The translations under genes were made by a program, and so were the position numbers. DNA of 64,000 nt from Podarcis vaucheri (lineage: Eukaryota). Positions within the stretch are counted from its first letter, which is position 1. The number at the start of each line of letters is the position of its first letter. The DNA lies in NCBI GenBank assembly GCA_965113315.1, contig OZ220363.1. One strand, written 5' to 3'. This document shows positions 1-13,934 of the stretch, piece after piece. The notes beneath the pieces were generated by a model, which did no database searches, was not told the DNA's origin, and worked only from the letters and a program-made list of their open reading frames with translations.

Positions 1-2100
1 ATGCAAGTGACCTGTGTAATTCAATAGCGTTCTTAGAAGTCAGGACTTGTTTTGTGCTCCGCCATCTGCTGAAGGCTAATTTTGGGAGGCTGCACTTAGT
101 TCTGCATCCCACATCACTATCACTGTCCTGTTTGCTGGTAATTGTGGGAACAGTTGTCTTGCTGCCCCTCAGCAGAGTGCAAGCATTAGGTCCTTTACCT
201 TTCAAATGAGCTTAAGGTAAGAGTTGGGCTGGTGGCTACTGTGAATTCATCTGAAGTGAAGAGAAAGCAAAAACCAGAAGAATAAACCGGCTTATTCCTC
301 CTTTTCAGTTTTGTTTTTCTGTGCGTTTACTAAGCTTCCTCTCCCAAAATTTAAACATTTATTTCAATGCTTCTTCTCTCCTTCATCCCTCTTGCTGATC
401 ATTTCATGAATGTACTCTATTCCCTTGTGGGACAAAGCTTTACAAGTCAAACAGTGATACAGAAGGAGACAGAAATTAAAAGAAGGGAGTACACCGACTA
501 TCAGATATTCTATTGCATGGGGGGCAGGGAGAGACACAGTTTAAACAATCCCAAGTGAGAAATTTCTTGTTAAGATGAAACTAATATTTGGGGCAGTTCC
601 TCCTCCCCTGCAGAACCCTTGATATTTTTGCTCTCCCTGGATCCTCAACATTTCATTATATGCCTGTCGCGTTTAACTTTTCCTGTATCCAGGTCTTAGA
701 GCATACCTCATTTCTGCTAACGCTTTCTCCTCACAGGCTGCACATGCTGAGCTGCAGCTGAAAATTTAGACATACTTTGGCAACAGTCAGGATTGCCAAG
801 GATTTGTCTAACCCTGGACCAAGTCCATGGAAAACCTCTGGGTGATGCTGGAATGGGGTCGCAGGTGCCAAACACAATAATGAGGGGCCCTTTCACTTTC
901 CCTGGCCTCCCTTCTCTGCCAAGCAAGATCTGTTCCAGGTGTCACTTCTAACCCGGTTGTCGGCACTTGGAGATTTAGATGCTGCACTGCCTCCTCTCCA
1001 CCAGATGAGTCATCCGGCATGAACTGAGCTCCTTCACAGTGGCAATGCAAGATTCTCTGCCGCTTCAAGCTCACCTATTTACTTGGAAGTAAGTCCCGTT
1101 CAATCAGTGGGACTTACTTCTAAGCAAACACAGAACTGGGCTCAAAGTGTCAAACAGCAGTGTCTTGCTATTCACACCCCTATTAGAGCCAATCTACCTA
1201 TCTGTTTTCTCCAGGTGACCTGGCTCCTCAAATAAGTGGGATGGTAATCAGCAGCTCTCCCCTGCCTCTGAGTTTTAGTGCTTACTGCAGTCAAGCAACT
1301 TGTATATCGCCCCTGCAGGGATCTCCATAAAGGATGGGAAGAATACACAGCCCTCTGCTCAGTCACAGAACACATTGCTGGATGCTTTTTACAGGAACCA
1401 TCCAAATCTCTTGTCAGAACAGGAAAAACTGTCAAGTTCCCATCCATCCATCCAGCTGTTCTGGTTTGCTTTCTTTGTCCTCAAAGGCATCTGCACTTGT
1501 TCCAGAACGTAAGAACTGCTCACCTGTCTTACATACAGAATCTCTCAGGATGGGCTGTTCCCACTTTGGGGGATAATTATCCATGCTTCTCTCTTCTTAG
1601 TACCAGCTTATTATGCAAAACTAATTTCTAATCATTCCTAGTTCTGCTGCTGCATAAATGCTGAAGGAAGGACAATGGAGCAAAGGATTAGAAAGGTGTT
1701 AGCAGAGCCACCATATGCAACACCTGACCCTGGGGGCGGCGAGTGAATCCCACAGAGCTTCTTTCTCAAACCTGCCTACAGAGTTCTCCTCATTTACTAC
1801 GCCAAGCCAGCCACAGGGCACATAACTATCTATATGAAAAACTATATAAACTGCAAAATGCTTATTTGTCATCATGGTGCAACCACCTGCAATCCTGTAC
1901 CCTTTCCTGAGAATACACCCCATTGAATACAACAGGCCTTACTTTTGAGTAGGCATGTGCATGTCTCACCATATGGTAGGCTAAGCCCAGAAGGAACTTC
2001 AATAGTTGCTTTCAACCCTCAAAACTAGCACATGATCCACTACATTGCAAGTGACCCACACTCCAGTTTTCCCTTATTTCTTTGGCTTTCCTTCACATCA

Positions 2101-2373
2101 GGGTCACACCCACACCACACATTGAAAGCACTCTTGTACCACTTTAAGAGTCATGTCTTCCCCCAAAAAATTATAGGAATTGTAGTTTATTAAGGCTGTT
2201 AAGGAGACCCCTCACAAAGGTATAGTCCCCAGCACCCTTAACTAGGACTGCCATACATCCAGATTTTCCTGGACATTACTGGGATTTCAAAGGGAGAATT
2301 GACATGGGGGGGGGGAGCCATGACTCTTAAAGTGGTACGATAGTGCTTTAAATGTTTGGTATAGATGTGACCC
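2101..2373. mobile_element. Old palindromic MITE (PIF/Harbinger-like)
   Basis: About 63-bp imperfect inverted arms GGGTCACA...GAGTCATG / CATGACTC...TGTGACCC. Confidence 0.7.
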
Positions 2374-3759
2374 AAAGTTGCCTCCATGGCAAGAAACAGA
2401 TTTTCTTCATGATGCACTGCAGATGTCAACGTGATTACATGCTTATGTGGCAAGCATCATTATTAGCTCATCATCTAACAACGTGAGGAAGGCAGGAATA
2501 TTTTAAGAAAAAGAGAGGCACCGCTTGCACACAATAAGATAGCGGTGGTATATCATTCAGAAAATGTTTGGATTTATCGTGTTAACTCACTCCGAAACTA
2601 GGTGGGAATAAACAGATTCACAAAACTTTTGAACTATTTCACCAACACTCCTCGGTGAGTTTAGAGAACCAGGCCAGACTACATGGAAGTTTGAGAGAGA
2701 GCCACGAAGCTCGCTTGCATCACTATGCAGGACTCACATCTAACTTCTTCCCCTGCATACAGAAATGCTGCCAGAACAAAATTACTTAAAACACTGGCCA
2801 CTTTGAAAACCATGGGCTCCAAAACAAGGGACGTATGATTTCTTTGGTTTGTCTGAAGGGACAAAGAACTTCAAATAAGAGAGATCCATTAAATTAAAAC
2901 GTAGGGCATTTAACGGCAGCTGCAGCCATTCTGAATTGCTAAGGTGCCCTGACCACCCACCTTCTTTCTGGTGTTTGCTTCCTGCTCTCTCAAGAGCTAC
3001 CATATGCCTTCTCCTCCCAGCCCTCTCCAACCTGTTTACCGTGAGCTCTTCCTCTTGGGTCCTTTGTGTTTCTGCATCTTTGGACTTGCCTTGTTCCTTC
3101 TTATAAAAATGCAGGAAAAGTTGGCCTCAACAGTCCCCTCAGATTTCCATTTCCTACAGCCAAATGCAGCTTCAACAATATGCATGATTCTTCCACTCCC
3201 TCCCACCTCCTTTCCCTCAGGCTGTGTCCAGGCAGGTTTCAGATCCTTCCTTCCCTGCCTCCTCTCCTACCACCTTCTATTCTCAGGCCCCCTCCTCTTC
3301 CTCACCATTGCAAATGTTTCCTGGGGTATACATGGCACAAGCAAAATCTCTGTATAAGGCTGCATCCCACCGAGATTCCTTCCCCACTGATTGAGTATCC
3401 ATCTGGAAAGAGGACACAGCTTACCTGGGAGCAAGCCCCACTGAAGTCAATAGGACAAGACTGCATTGTCAAGGAAGAAGCACCAAACATTGCAAATGTT
3501 TCCATTTACCCTGGGCGTACCTAGCATCCATCCAGCAAGATGGATTCCCACTATTCCCATGCGGCTTGCTAGCCTTGGATGTCCTGAATCAGCACACCTG
3601 GCACTTGAAAAACAAGACAAAATAATCCCACTGGGAGGCACCCAATGAAACCACCACAACTTTAAACAGGGTGGTCACACGGTGAAATAAAAAATATGTG
3701 GTGCAGTCTTTTGGGTATATGGCATTTCAAGTACTGAAACCAAGGAAAGTGATGCTCAC

Positions 3760-3895
3760 TTGGGTGACCAGGGACCACCCAGTCTAACCTGCCTCATAGC
3801 AGGGTTGTGAGGATAAAATGGGGGACAGGGAGAACAACATACACCAGCTTGAACTCATTGGGGGAAAGGTAGGGTATAAACGTAAAAATAAATTA
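3760..3895 (+). repeat. Old SINE 3' part (MIR/L2-tail-like squamate SINE)
   Basis: ctaacctgcctca..gttgtgaggataaaatgg..gggtataaacgtaaaaataaat. Confidence 0.55.
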
Positions 3896-4041
3896 AGAAA
3901 AGTGGTGATTAGCTAAAGAGGCTAGGGTACATAAGGAGGCTTTATTCTCTAAAAGGTGGAGTGAACCCATAGAGGGCTATGCATAACTAGCCTCAGGAAT
4001 GGTTGGTAAATGGTTGAAAGGCAGACACAGGGACTCCTGAC

Positions 4042-4425
4042 TAGGGATGGATGGATCTGTCAATTTCGGTTCTCCCTGTTTCTCGTTTTTCCAATCTCAA
4101 ATTCAATTCACTACATTTCGGTAGCAATTTTCTATCCTCTTTTTTAATTCTCATGGAAATTCACCAGTATTTTAGTGTGAATTTCTCCTAATAAATCCAT
4201 TTTTGTATGCAGTTTTGCTCTAATACATTTTTCCCCAAAGCAACTTCCCCTAATATTTTGCATTTTTATGTGTTAGTTTACCCAGTACATGCATTTTCTT
4301 TACACCTTTCTTGGCTGGAGAACTGCACTGCAAAATTCAGGGAAGTGTTTCTGTTTATGCATTATTTCAGAAAGGATGAACTTGGTTAAGTTCAGCTTTG
4401 AATGCAAACCTCTCCCTCATCCCTA
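4042..4425. mobile_element. Non-autonomous hAT MITE
   Basis: TIR TAGGGATG...CATCCCTA; 8-bp TSD ctcctgac/ctcttaac (6/8). Confidence 0.7.
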
Positions 4426-6289
4426 CTCTTAACATGACCTTTCGGCCAGCAAAATAACAGGAATGCTACCCTGACAGAATGGAAGAAATGTTGCTTTTCT
4501 GATTGAGGTCTTCCGTATTGGTTTATCGTCACCATGCAAAACAGATCAAATTTTAACAAATCATAATGGCATGTGGAGATGCAGAGAGAAATTGGTATCA
4601 TCATCATCAAGAAACTCAAGGGTAGGAGAGCATTTAGAGACACAGTCAGAGGTCTCAACACTATCATGGCTTAAAATCCAGTTTCAAATTCTGCAGAATT
4701 CCAAGATTCTTGGCTTCAATAAAGTGGCCACTTCCCCCAACCCCACCAACTCATTAGGACTGCAGATTGAAATGAAAGACAGGACCTAAAATGTGTTCTT
4801 GAACACCCTCCTAAACACCTACTACAGCTACTCAAAAATTTTCAAGAAAATGGGAAGGAAAAAACAGCAACCTTGCAAACAGAACAGTGAATCTAAAGTT
4901 GGTAAATATATGACAAACTGGCCTGAATTCCAACTGTAGAAGTAGTTTCAGAAGGTTTTTAAAAGTGCACAGCTCTGTGCATTCTGGCCATAGCCCAAGA
5001 TCCTGAAGAGTAATTGAGTGGGGGGGGGGAGAGAAACAGGAATTACCTCAGTACCTCCTTGTTGCCAAGAGTTTTCAGGCTTTGGGTGTGTGGAGACCAT
5101 CCCAGAACAGGAGCATCAGAAGAGCAGGATGCAGCCTTGCATCTCTGCTGTTACATCTATCTATAAGAAGACTGGATAAAGACCCACTTCAAAGAAGCAT
5201 GGATCAAGGCTTGGTAGAGGAAACACGCTGAGCTCTGAGGGAAGCCCCCTTTACGAAGGGTTCTGAACCATGGCTGCAACAGCTAGTGAAAGGGGTTTTT
5301 AAAGACTTGACCACCCACTTCCCCTCTCATAAAAAGAAACACACAGTTTGAGTGTGTGTGTGTGTGTGTTCAGAGTGAAACGAGGTGTCCTAGTTTCACT
5401 GGGACACTTCCTTCCTGGAACCAGCCATGGGGTGGCGGTGGGGGGTGGAATGGCAGACAGACGACAACAACCTTCTCTCATTCTTCTCCAAGCTGGAGCA
5501 GATCCAAGTGGAGGGGCTTTTTCAATAGAGGTGCTCACATTTTGCATGAGATGCATTCTTGTGCTCCAAAATGCCTGGCTCCTGCCTGGTTTGGGGAGTT
5601 CCGTGCTGAGCGAGGGTCAACTCCAGCAACAACAGAACCAAAGGAGGAATGCACAGCACTGTCTCAATTGCAGCAGGAGAAAGGACCAGCAGCCATTGAA
5701 ATTCTCCCTCCGTGCATAATCATAAAGCATACCACTGTGGGACTGACTGAACAGGGACCCCACTCTTCTGTTTCCCCTCAAAAAAATAAAAAAAAATTCC
5801 GCAACCAAAATTGCCTTGGAGCTGGGTGGGATCTCAAGGGCATCTTTTGCAGACCCTTACAGGGATCAGGAATAACCAAGTCACAAACACACATCTCCAG
5901 TCACTAGCAATATTAGCCCAAAGAATCCGGATTAGAGGGTGGCAGATGCAAAGTGAGCTACATGCACTTCTACAGAGATGTCTGGGCTGAAGAAAGCTTA
6001 CTAAAGATAATAAGGGTACAGGCTCTAGCTCACGTAAGTAACTTAGCGCTCTTTAAGCCCTGGTTGCTCCATTGCGACCACTTTCAATGTATGCTCGCAA
6101 ACATATGTGCGCACACACTATATGTATGCAGACTGATCTTTCAGGTTGCTTACTACGGAGAGCATGGGTGTGATCTTGTATATGTGATGCCAGTTAGTAT
6201 AATGGACCTAGTGCTCAAAACACAAATAAAACAACACTCCCTTGTAACTAAAGGTCGGAAACACAGGACTCAAGATTTGCATCTGGCAC

Positions 6290-7520
6290 ACAGCGGCAGA
6301 CCCAGACCCAGAGAAGTCTTCCCACCCTTTCTCTTCACCCTGCAGCACACCGGTGGGGGAACTAGTTTCTGGGGGAACTAGAAAGATACAGGTTGGTTCC
6401 CCGTGGCGTCTCAGCATCCAGACTCTTGCCGGACTCCCAAAGATCCTGGGGCAAAAAAGTTTCAACCAACCGATCCGGCGCGTCCCTTCACCATCAATGT
6501 TATCTGGCCGGGCAGGAAACAACCGGCGAAAGGGATCAGCTCTGAACGGTTATCCCGCCGCTCCTCTTTCCCGCTTCCCCCTCTCGGAAAAGGTGACTTC
6601 GCGCCTCAGCATCATCTCGGCCCCTTTCTTTAAAAGCTGGAGAGGCTCCGGGAGCGCCGGGGGGTGGGGTGGGGAAAGACCCCTTTCATTTGTGATGGAG
6701 CCTCGTCACCCTCCCGCCCGCCCGCCGTGCCGGTGACCAAACGTGCGTTACAGCGTTTACACTGGACTGGGATGATCTTCGCTCGAGGCTGCTCGAGCAA
6801 AAGTTCCCGGGGAACTCCAAACATGGGCGCTTTATGGGGCTGGGGAAAGCAAACTCAAGCGCAGCGAGGCTTTCCTCACAAAGGTACACGAGTCGCTCGG
6901 GGTCCCCCGTCCCCGTCCCCGCCCTCGGGCACGGCTCTGCGGAGCGCACCTTCCTCCGCCGCGCGCCACTTTGGGCGCCGGCCTCCCCTTTCCCGCCGGC
7001 GGCGGCGAAGTTTGGCGCGCAAGAAGAGCGCGCCCGGTGCGCGACTTGCCTGGATGGATGCTGCGGGTCTCGTTGCCGGCGCCTGGGTCGCTCTGTTGTG
7101 ACGAAGGCTGCTCCTCCTGCTTGCCGTGCCGCTCGCCTGGCCCTGCTCCACCGCCCGCCCCGCTATCTGGCTCCTTATCTCGCCTTGCCTTTCCCTTTGT
7201 GTCTTCAGAACTAGTTTAAGCTGGTCACATGTGGGCACAACCTTGCGCGGCACGGCGGCGGCGGCGGCCCCCCCTGACGTCACGCCCAGCTGACCACCAA
7301 AGGTAGTTTGGGGAGCCCAAAGTTCCTTCCAAGGCTCCTCCTCCTCCCGCCCCCCCCTTCCCTCATGGAATTGGAGACAAAAGGCGGGCCAGCTCAGAGA
7401 GGGCAAACTCAAGCTGGGCCTAAGTTGCTGGAGAGACCCCAGAGGCTACTCCTACCCCAATTCCCGCCCTGCGTCTTCCTCCTCCTCGCCTTCTTCCATG
7501 GGGACTCCGAGCAACGTTTG
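6290..7520. promoter_or_regulatory. CpG island / probable promoter of the next minus-strand gene (MDK by synteny)
   Basis: Very GC- and CpG-rich; CRE TGACGTCA about 7275; GC-box and two GATA motifs about 7150-7180; human order is DGKZ then MDK on the same strand. Confidence 0.7.
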
Positions 7521-7819
7521 CCAGAGTCTGGAAACTGCCTTCTTGGCCTCTTCCTTCTCTCGGACACAGGCATTGCAGTGCAGGCTCAATGTGGGTTTCA
7601 TCCCACAGATGCGATACATGCAACATGAATGTGGCCGTTTGCACCAAGCCCTTTTTTCACCTCCGTTCAAAAACATCTTCTCCCTCACTTTTCATTCCTT
7701 TTCTGTCGTTTAAAACCCGCAGATTTGGCTTGAGGACAAGTTTCGTGCAACTCTTGAGAGTTTGCACATTGGATTGTGACCATTAAAATTAAGCATTGTG
7801 TTTAGTGGCTTTGGCACTA

Positions 7820-7900
7820 ATAATAATAATAAATTTTATTTATATCCCGCCCTCCCCAGCCGAAGCTGGGCTCAGGGCGGCTAACAACAATAAAACAGTA
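7820..7900 (-). mobile_element. L2 LINE 3' tail fragment
   Basis: Same tail sequence as the 59815-60306 element. Confidence 0.65.
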
Positions 7901-8900
7901 CAAAAGGGTGATGTTTTGGCACCTGTCACACCTCAGTTTTGAAAATAAAGCCAATGTCATCTAAACAGGCTTGTTTTAAAACTGCTCTTTTTCACGTTTT
8001 GTCCCATGTTCAAAAGTGGTGCATTGCACAGTTAAAAAGTGTTAATTTTATCTCTAGTGAAAATGTTGCCCTAGCACCTTGATGTCTGTAAGTTACCAGC
8101 CTAGTCTTAGCCTAGAAGAAACTCACAATGCCATTTTGCACATTACTTTGTGTCATGTTTTTCACTCATAAGAGTCCTCCAAGGATTGTATTGGGAGGTG
8201 ATTTAGCAACTTCCGAAATCTTCAGTGATCTAGTATGTACCATGTCAGTTCTTGAGACTGTGCTAAATGAGCTACCAGTTCCCCCATTAGACTGCTCTTT
8301 CCAGCGAGTGTAAAAAGCAGCCCATTTTCAGAAGCACTGCTTAAATTACTTTTAATTTCCAGTATGTATATGTTAAATGCAAAACCGACATTGGTTACAA
8401 TGCATGTCCAGTTTTAAAATGACTTTTCTTCTGCTTCCTGTTGCATATTAATAATCACATTCCTAAGTGTCACATCCCACTGTAAATGGTGGTGTTCTTC
8501 ACATCACTTGTGAATGTGGCCCAACCTAAAACATGCAATTGACTCTTAATCTCTAGCTATCAAAGTGTGGATGAGATTGACATAAACAGTTGCAAGCAGG
8601 ACATATGGATGTGGGTGGAAACCTCTTGGGAATAAGCCCAGTCTAAATGAACCCATAGCCCGAAGCTAGGGAGAACACAGACAGTCCAACCAGAAGGATG
8701 GAGACAATAATACTTAGCAGAGGAGTGTGTGCTGGGGGTGGGGAACAGTTTGTCAAATAATGAAGGAATGACGCACTCTGAAAATCCACAGGGGATGAAA
8801 ACAAGCTTTTAAATTTAGCATCGTGTCCTAATGACTGTTAACCATATTCAAACTGACTGCATCCATGGGTAATGGCTTTGTCTTCTTGCATTCTAACATT

Positions 8901-9600
8901 AAGAACATAAAAAGAGCTTGCTGGATCACGCCAATGGTCCATCCATTCCACTAGCCTATTCTCACAGTCGTTAACTGTGGGAAATCCACAAGCAGGTTCT
9001 AGCACAAGAACTCTTCTTTCCTCCTGTGATTTCCATCACCTGGTATTCAGAAGCATTGCTGTCTCCAGCTGTGGATGTGTGGCACAGCCATCATGGCTAG
9101 TAGCTATCAATAGCCCTCTAAATTTGTCTAATCCTCTTTTAAAGCCATCTAGGTTGGTGCCTATGGGACGCGGGTGGCGCTGTGGGTAAAAGCCTCAGCG
9201 CCTAGGGCTTGCCGATCGTAAGGTCGGCGGTTCGAATCCCCGCGGCGGGGTGCGCTCCCGCTGCTCGGTCCCAGCGCCTGCCAACCTAGCAGTTCGAAAG
9301 CACCCCCGGGTGCAAGTAGATAAATAGGTACCGCTTACCAGCGGGAAGGTAAACGGCGTTCCGTGTGCTGCGCTGGCTCGCCAGATGCAGCTTTGTCACG
9401 CTGGCCACGTGACCCGGAAGTGTCTCCGGACAGCGCTGGCCCCCGGCCTCTTGAGTGAGATGGGCGCACAAACCCCAGAGTCTGTCAAGACTGGCCCGCT
9501 CGGGCAGGGGTACCTTTACCTTTACCTTTAGGTTGGTGCCTATCACTGCCTTCTACTGGAGTGAGTTCCATAGATTAACTATGTGCTGTACTTTTATCTA
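8901..9600 (-). mobile_element. CR1-like LINE 3' fragment interrupted by a Sauria SINE
   Basis: aagaacataaaaagagc..ctggatca; similar copies at about 28030-28310, 38402-38770 and 53520-53720. Confidence 0.6.
9165..9529 (+). mobile_element. Full-length Sauria SINE (POM-type, lacertid)
   Basis: tRNA-related head with box A/B (GGTTCGAATCC), (ACCTTT)n tail, perfect 14-bp TSD AGGTTGGTGCCTAT (9151-9164, 9530-9543). Confidence 0.92.
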
Positions 9601-10619
9601 TTCAGAATCTTCCACCCACTTTGACATCTTGGTGGAGTGGCTCTAATTTAACTGTGTGATTGCATTTGACTTTTCAACAAGAAACACTTGAGATAATAAA
9701 TCATCCTCATAGTCTGGCCATCTCAGTGTTTAGACTTACTTGGTCAACTTCTCAACTGGTGCATTATTCCAGGCATAGTTTTTACCATTATTGTATCATC
9801 CATCCATCCTTATGCTCAGACGTCTTTCCCATTGGTCTTAGTGGTTTGTTACTCCAAGGTGCTGGCCTCTCAGGGGCACCCTTGCGAGTGGGGGAGCTGC
9901 ATGGCTTTGCCGGCAGCCTCCCCTTTCCCTGCACGTCCGCCAGCTGCGCCCCGCCAACTATATGGTGGGCGTGCGTGCAACTTTCCCCCCAAGCCTCCGC
10001 AGGAGGAAAGCGATCCCCGCAGAGGCTTAGGCTCTGCATCTGCTAAAGACAGCCCTGCTCCCGGTCGTTGTCCCCGGATCTTTGCACCACGGCGCCGGGT
10101 ATGCTTAAGACGGCCCTGTTTATGCTTCCAATGCTTTGCATACTTGCCTTGCAGCTACCAGTAAAAAGGTTAGCATCCCTTTAAACGGTATTGTTTGTTT
10201 TGTCAAAAATAGTAATGTCAGAGTGGGTTTTGTTCCTCCAAACTACTCCTGAGCATTATTTACAGTGGAAAGGTGGGGCATAAATACTGATAGACAGATA
10301 ATGCTTTCCTTCACTTCCGTTCTCTGCCGTACAAGAGACCTGGGAGTTCAGATCAGTCCCAGAGATGGATGCAGAGAAAGGCAGGCATTTATATTTCAGA
10401 AGCATCTTGGCGTTGCTTTTTTGTCCCAGTACAATCTGGTGCAGCCTGTGGTTACAGTCTAACCTAGTTAAGAGTTTCATGAATTTTCATCTTAAGGCTT
10501 TCCAGAGGGGTAGCCATCTTGGTCTTTTGCAGTAAGTAAGTAAATAATCAAAGAGTCTCATGGGACCTTAAACTCTAACCAAGTTATTATGGCATTCGCT
10601 TTTGAAGACACATGCCCTG

Positions 10620-10732
10620 CAGTACTGTTTTTCCTAGAAAAAGAGGTACTGGAACTCAACATGAACACCTCCCTCATTCTCTTAGAATAGCAATGGTGCC
10701 CACCTGAGAGTTCTGGTTGAAAAAAAGCCCTG
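10620..10732. mobile_element. Short hAT MITE inserted in a Penelope-like relic
   Basis: CAGTACTGTTTTTC...GAAAAAAAGCCCTG ends; related end at about 60412. Confidence 0.55.
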
Positions 10733-11742
10733 CTCCTAAGTCCATGAAAGCTTGTGCCACCATGCAATAAATTTGTTAGACAGCACCATGTTGCAAGATG
10801 AGATTTTGACCATGACTCTACCAGCAGTGTTTCCCCTCCACACCTCTTGCTTCTTTCCCTCTGAGGGATAGACCTGTGAAACTCAGAAGCTGGCTCGCTG
10901 ATTTGTGATTATTATTTGGGTCTAACAGAGTTATTGTGTCACTGTTGTCACTTGAAGGCTGCATTCTCCCAGAGCCTCCGCCCCACCTCCCCCTGAGTAT
11001 CTCACAACTGTAAAATCTTAGGAAAGGACCCGTTCACTTTTCTCCAGTCCAGAGAGGAATGCCGAGTCTGGCTCTCCTGCTGAGCTGCCAGTAGACTGTG
11101 GGAGCTCATGTCATACCTAAGGAATTGGTTTGTGGTGAGGTATGAGACCATTTTTCCACCACCCCCTCTGGGAGGTTGTGCAGAGGGGGCTAAAGCTGTC
11201 AAGGAGTTTATGAGCTGCTTCAACACAATGGTTTCTTGCCAAGCCATCCCTACTCCTAATTCACATATTGCTGGCTGGTCCCCAACTTCAGCTCAAGGAT
11301 TATCTCATGCACATTTCCCCTGAAAAGTCTCCTGTATGCAGAGCCGCAGTAGGCAGAGTTCCAATGAGTACCTTACTTCTGCGTGGCTTCTTTTTCAGTT
11401 TGCACTTCAATATATGGGGGATCAACAAATTTTCTTCTCATATGTTTCAGCACTCAGAGACCGGTGCCTGATTTGAGACACCACAGCAAACTTTGTTTTG
11501 CGGAAACTGAGCTTCCAAGCATATAAGCAAACCATGGTTTACTGCTGCTTGTCTGCAGGGCCTTCATATGGGGTGGTGCTGGTAATGCCACAGAAGCACT
11601 TTCAGGGTCTAGGCCCGGGCTGTAAACTCTTGAAAAGATGACTATTGCCAAACAGTCCTTTATCCCTCTTGATCCCTCAACTTGCATCTGATGCCTGAAG
11701 CTGCCAACATCAGAGGTAACCAATGAGAGTTAAGTTTTGCAG

Positions 11743-12624
11743 TGTTACTTTGGATTAGTGTATGAATAGTTCCATTCTGGTAGTGTTTATATCAATTTTG
11801 ATCTACATATTCACTCTTCCTTTCCCTGTACTGCATATATTCCTTTTGTGTAAACTACTGTACTGGATTTCTGGGTTATGCTGGTTACTGGACAGTCAAG
11901 GGCTGGTCATTTTCCCACAGTTGCTTAGACCATCGGAACCACATTATCAGTAGTTTAGTGCCTGGGGAGGCAGGCCAAAGTTGCCAAACTCTACTCCCAA
12001 GGAGACCACCCACAGGCAGTGGGATTCCCACATCCCTTGCTGTAGGGGACACATCAGGAGAGAGTAATTGGACAGAACCCCCTTTACTACTGGACTACAG
12101 GGTTCGGACTGCAGTGGAGGACCAACTCTTGTTGCATTTGGTACCCTGGGTTACTCTTATAACTCTGATGAGAAGGTATGGGAAGGCATTTTTGAAGAGG
12201 TGGTGCTAACCTGAGAAAACCCTTGGGATGTATCATCAAGCCAGTTGACCGATCTCCTTGCCTGGACGCCATGTGTCCTGCTCCTTGATTGGTCTGGAGG
12301 TGGGTGCTTCTTAGTGTTTGCCCACCACTGAGGCAGACATAAACAGAACTGCCAGTGACATTGGTAGCAGCTTTGTATGTGGATTTTGTCTTGGGTGGGA
12401 GCAGATGCTTGGTGGGGTGGAGCTTGCTCTTCGCCATGATCTGACCACTGAAGCATTGCTGGAGGATACTGCAAGAGAGTGTTTGACTACCGGTATTCAT
12501 AAGACATCACTCATTATCTGCTATCCTGTCTATCCTGCTATCCAGGAGATTACTTTCTGAAACCTTTGTGCACGCAAGCAAAATCGTTCAGTTTCTTTTG
12601 GGTGGCAGTAATAGCTTCGTAACA
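11743..12624. mobile_element. Putative solo LTR
   Basis: TGTTAC...GTAACA termini about 880 bp apart; TSD not clean. Confidence 0.4.
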
Positions 12625-13934
12625 CAGACAGTGGCTCTCTATGCACTGGCTGGGAAAAAAATCAGGAAAAAGGGCTTAGATAAAATTGCTAAATTGTTGT
12701 GGCGATTCAGGTTTAATCAGAACTCAAGCTGGATTTGAGTTTGTTGGTGTCCCTGCTACCTTCTCTCCATTTCCATCATGGATGTTGGCTTAAATTACTG
12801 GTGTATGTTCTGTATTATTTTATTGATGCTATTGCTTCAAGTTTATCCTGGCCTTTGGCTAGAACAATAAACTGATGAACTGAACTAATAAGTACTGCCA
12901 TTCATACAATATTGTATTTCACAGCCTGGTTTTTAAGCCTTTTCTACTTCACTTAGAAGAGCATAATATCTACCAATTCAAATGAGAGCACTTGAACCCC
13001 CATGTTACTCATCCAATTCCAGTGACTGGCCTCAGTCCGGTTGTTGTAGGGATAGCCAAAATGATCTCATCCAGATGTTTTGGACTCCAAGCTGCAGTCA
13101 GCAAAGGCCAGCATAGTCAATGATCATGGATTATAGGAGCTGTTTTCCAACAACTACTGGAGGGCCACTGGTTCCCCAGTCCTGAGCCTCAGACACTTAA
13201 TGTGTATAACAAGCGGTGGCTTTGAATGGTGGCATATCTCTCCATGCATATCCAAAGATGCAAATCGTGAAACTGGGCTGGTGTAAAAAGTCTTGTTATG
13301 CTGCACTGGCAAGCAACGAAACTGCTGAAGCTGCGTGGCAAAGTATGGAATACTGGCTCAGTTGCCTGAGCAACAAGAATAAATTTCTCGCTCCAGCAGA
13401 TCAGAGAAACAAGAATTGCAAATGGGCATGAAAAAGTGGTAGTCCCCTGCCTCTGGCATGAATGGTTTTTTTTTTGTGCCGCTTGAAATGGCAACCCTTA
13501 CAGTGCAAACCAAATCTTGGGAGATGAAGAAAAAAGCATAGCAGTAGTAGTATTTGGCAAGTTCAGTGGGTCCCTAATGCGCATACAGTAAGGCTGATGC
13601 AGGGCATGAATTCATTCTTAAGCACACCTGCACCATGCAGAGAAGTCTGTTTCTCCTTTGCTGAATGGAGATAAATAGCTTCATATGGTTCTTTAGTGTT
13701 GAGTATACCTGAAGCAAAACTCAATGAATTTTCTCTCTCGCTAGTGCTGTTTATCTCTGCAAATTTTGAGGAACTCTGCTGATCAACTTAGGAAAGCTAA
13801 AATGTATTCTTTGAAGAGAGCTATTATGGTTAGGAGAAAATGACATCCTCTTAATGAAATAGCAACATTGAAAGTGGTCTGGGGCTTGGAAGAGCTGTCT
13901 GTGGACAAATGCCAGCTCCCTTGGCCTGAAAGTG

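Noticed and set aside
1-6200. MDK coding exons expected by synteny
   Set aside because: No signal peptide or Cys/Trp-rich midkine exon could be found on the minus strand.
6353-7688. Multiple ORFs over the CpG island
   Set aside because: GC-rich artefacts with no recognisable protein.
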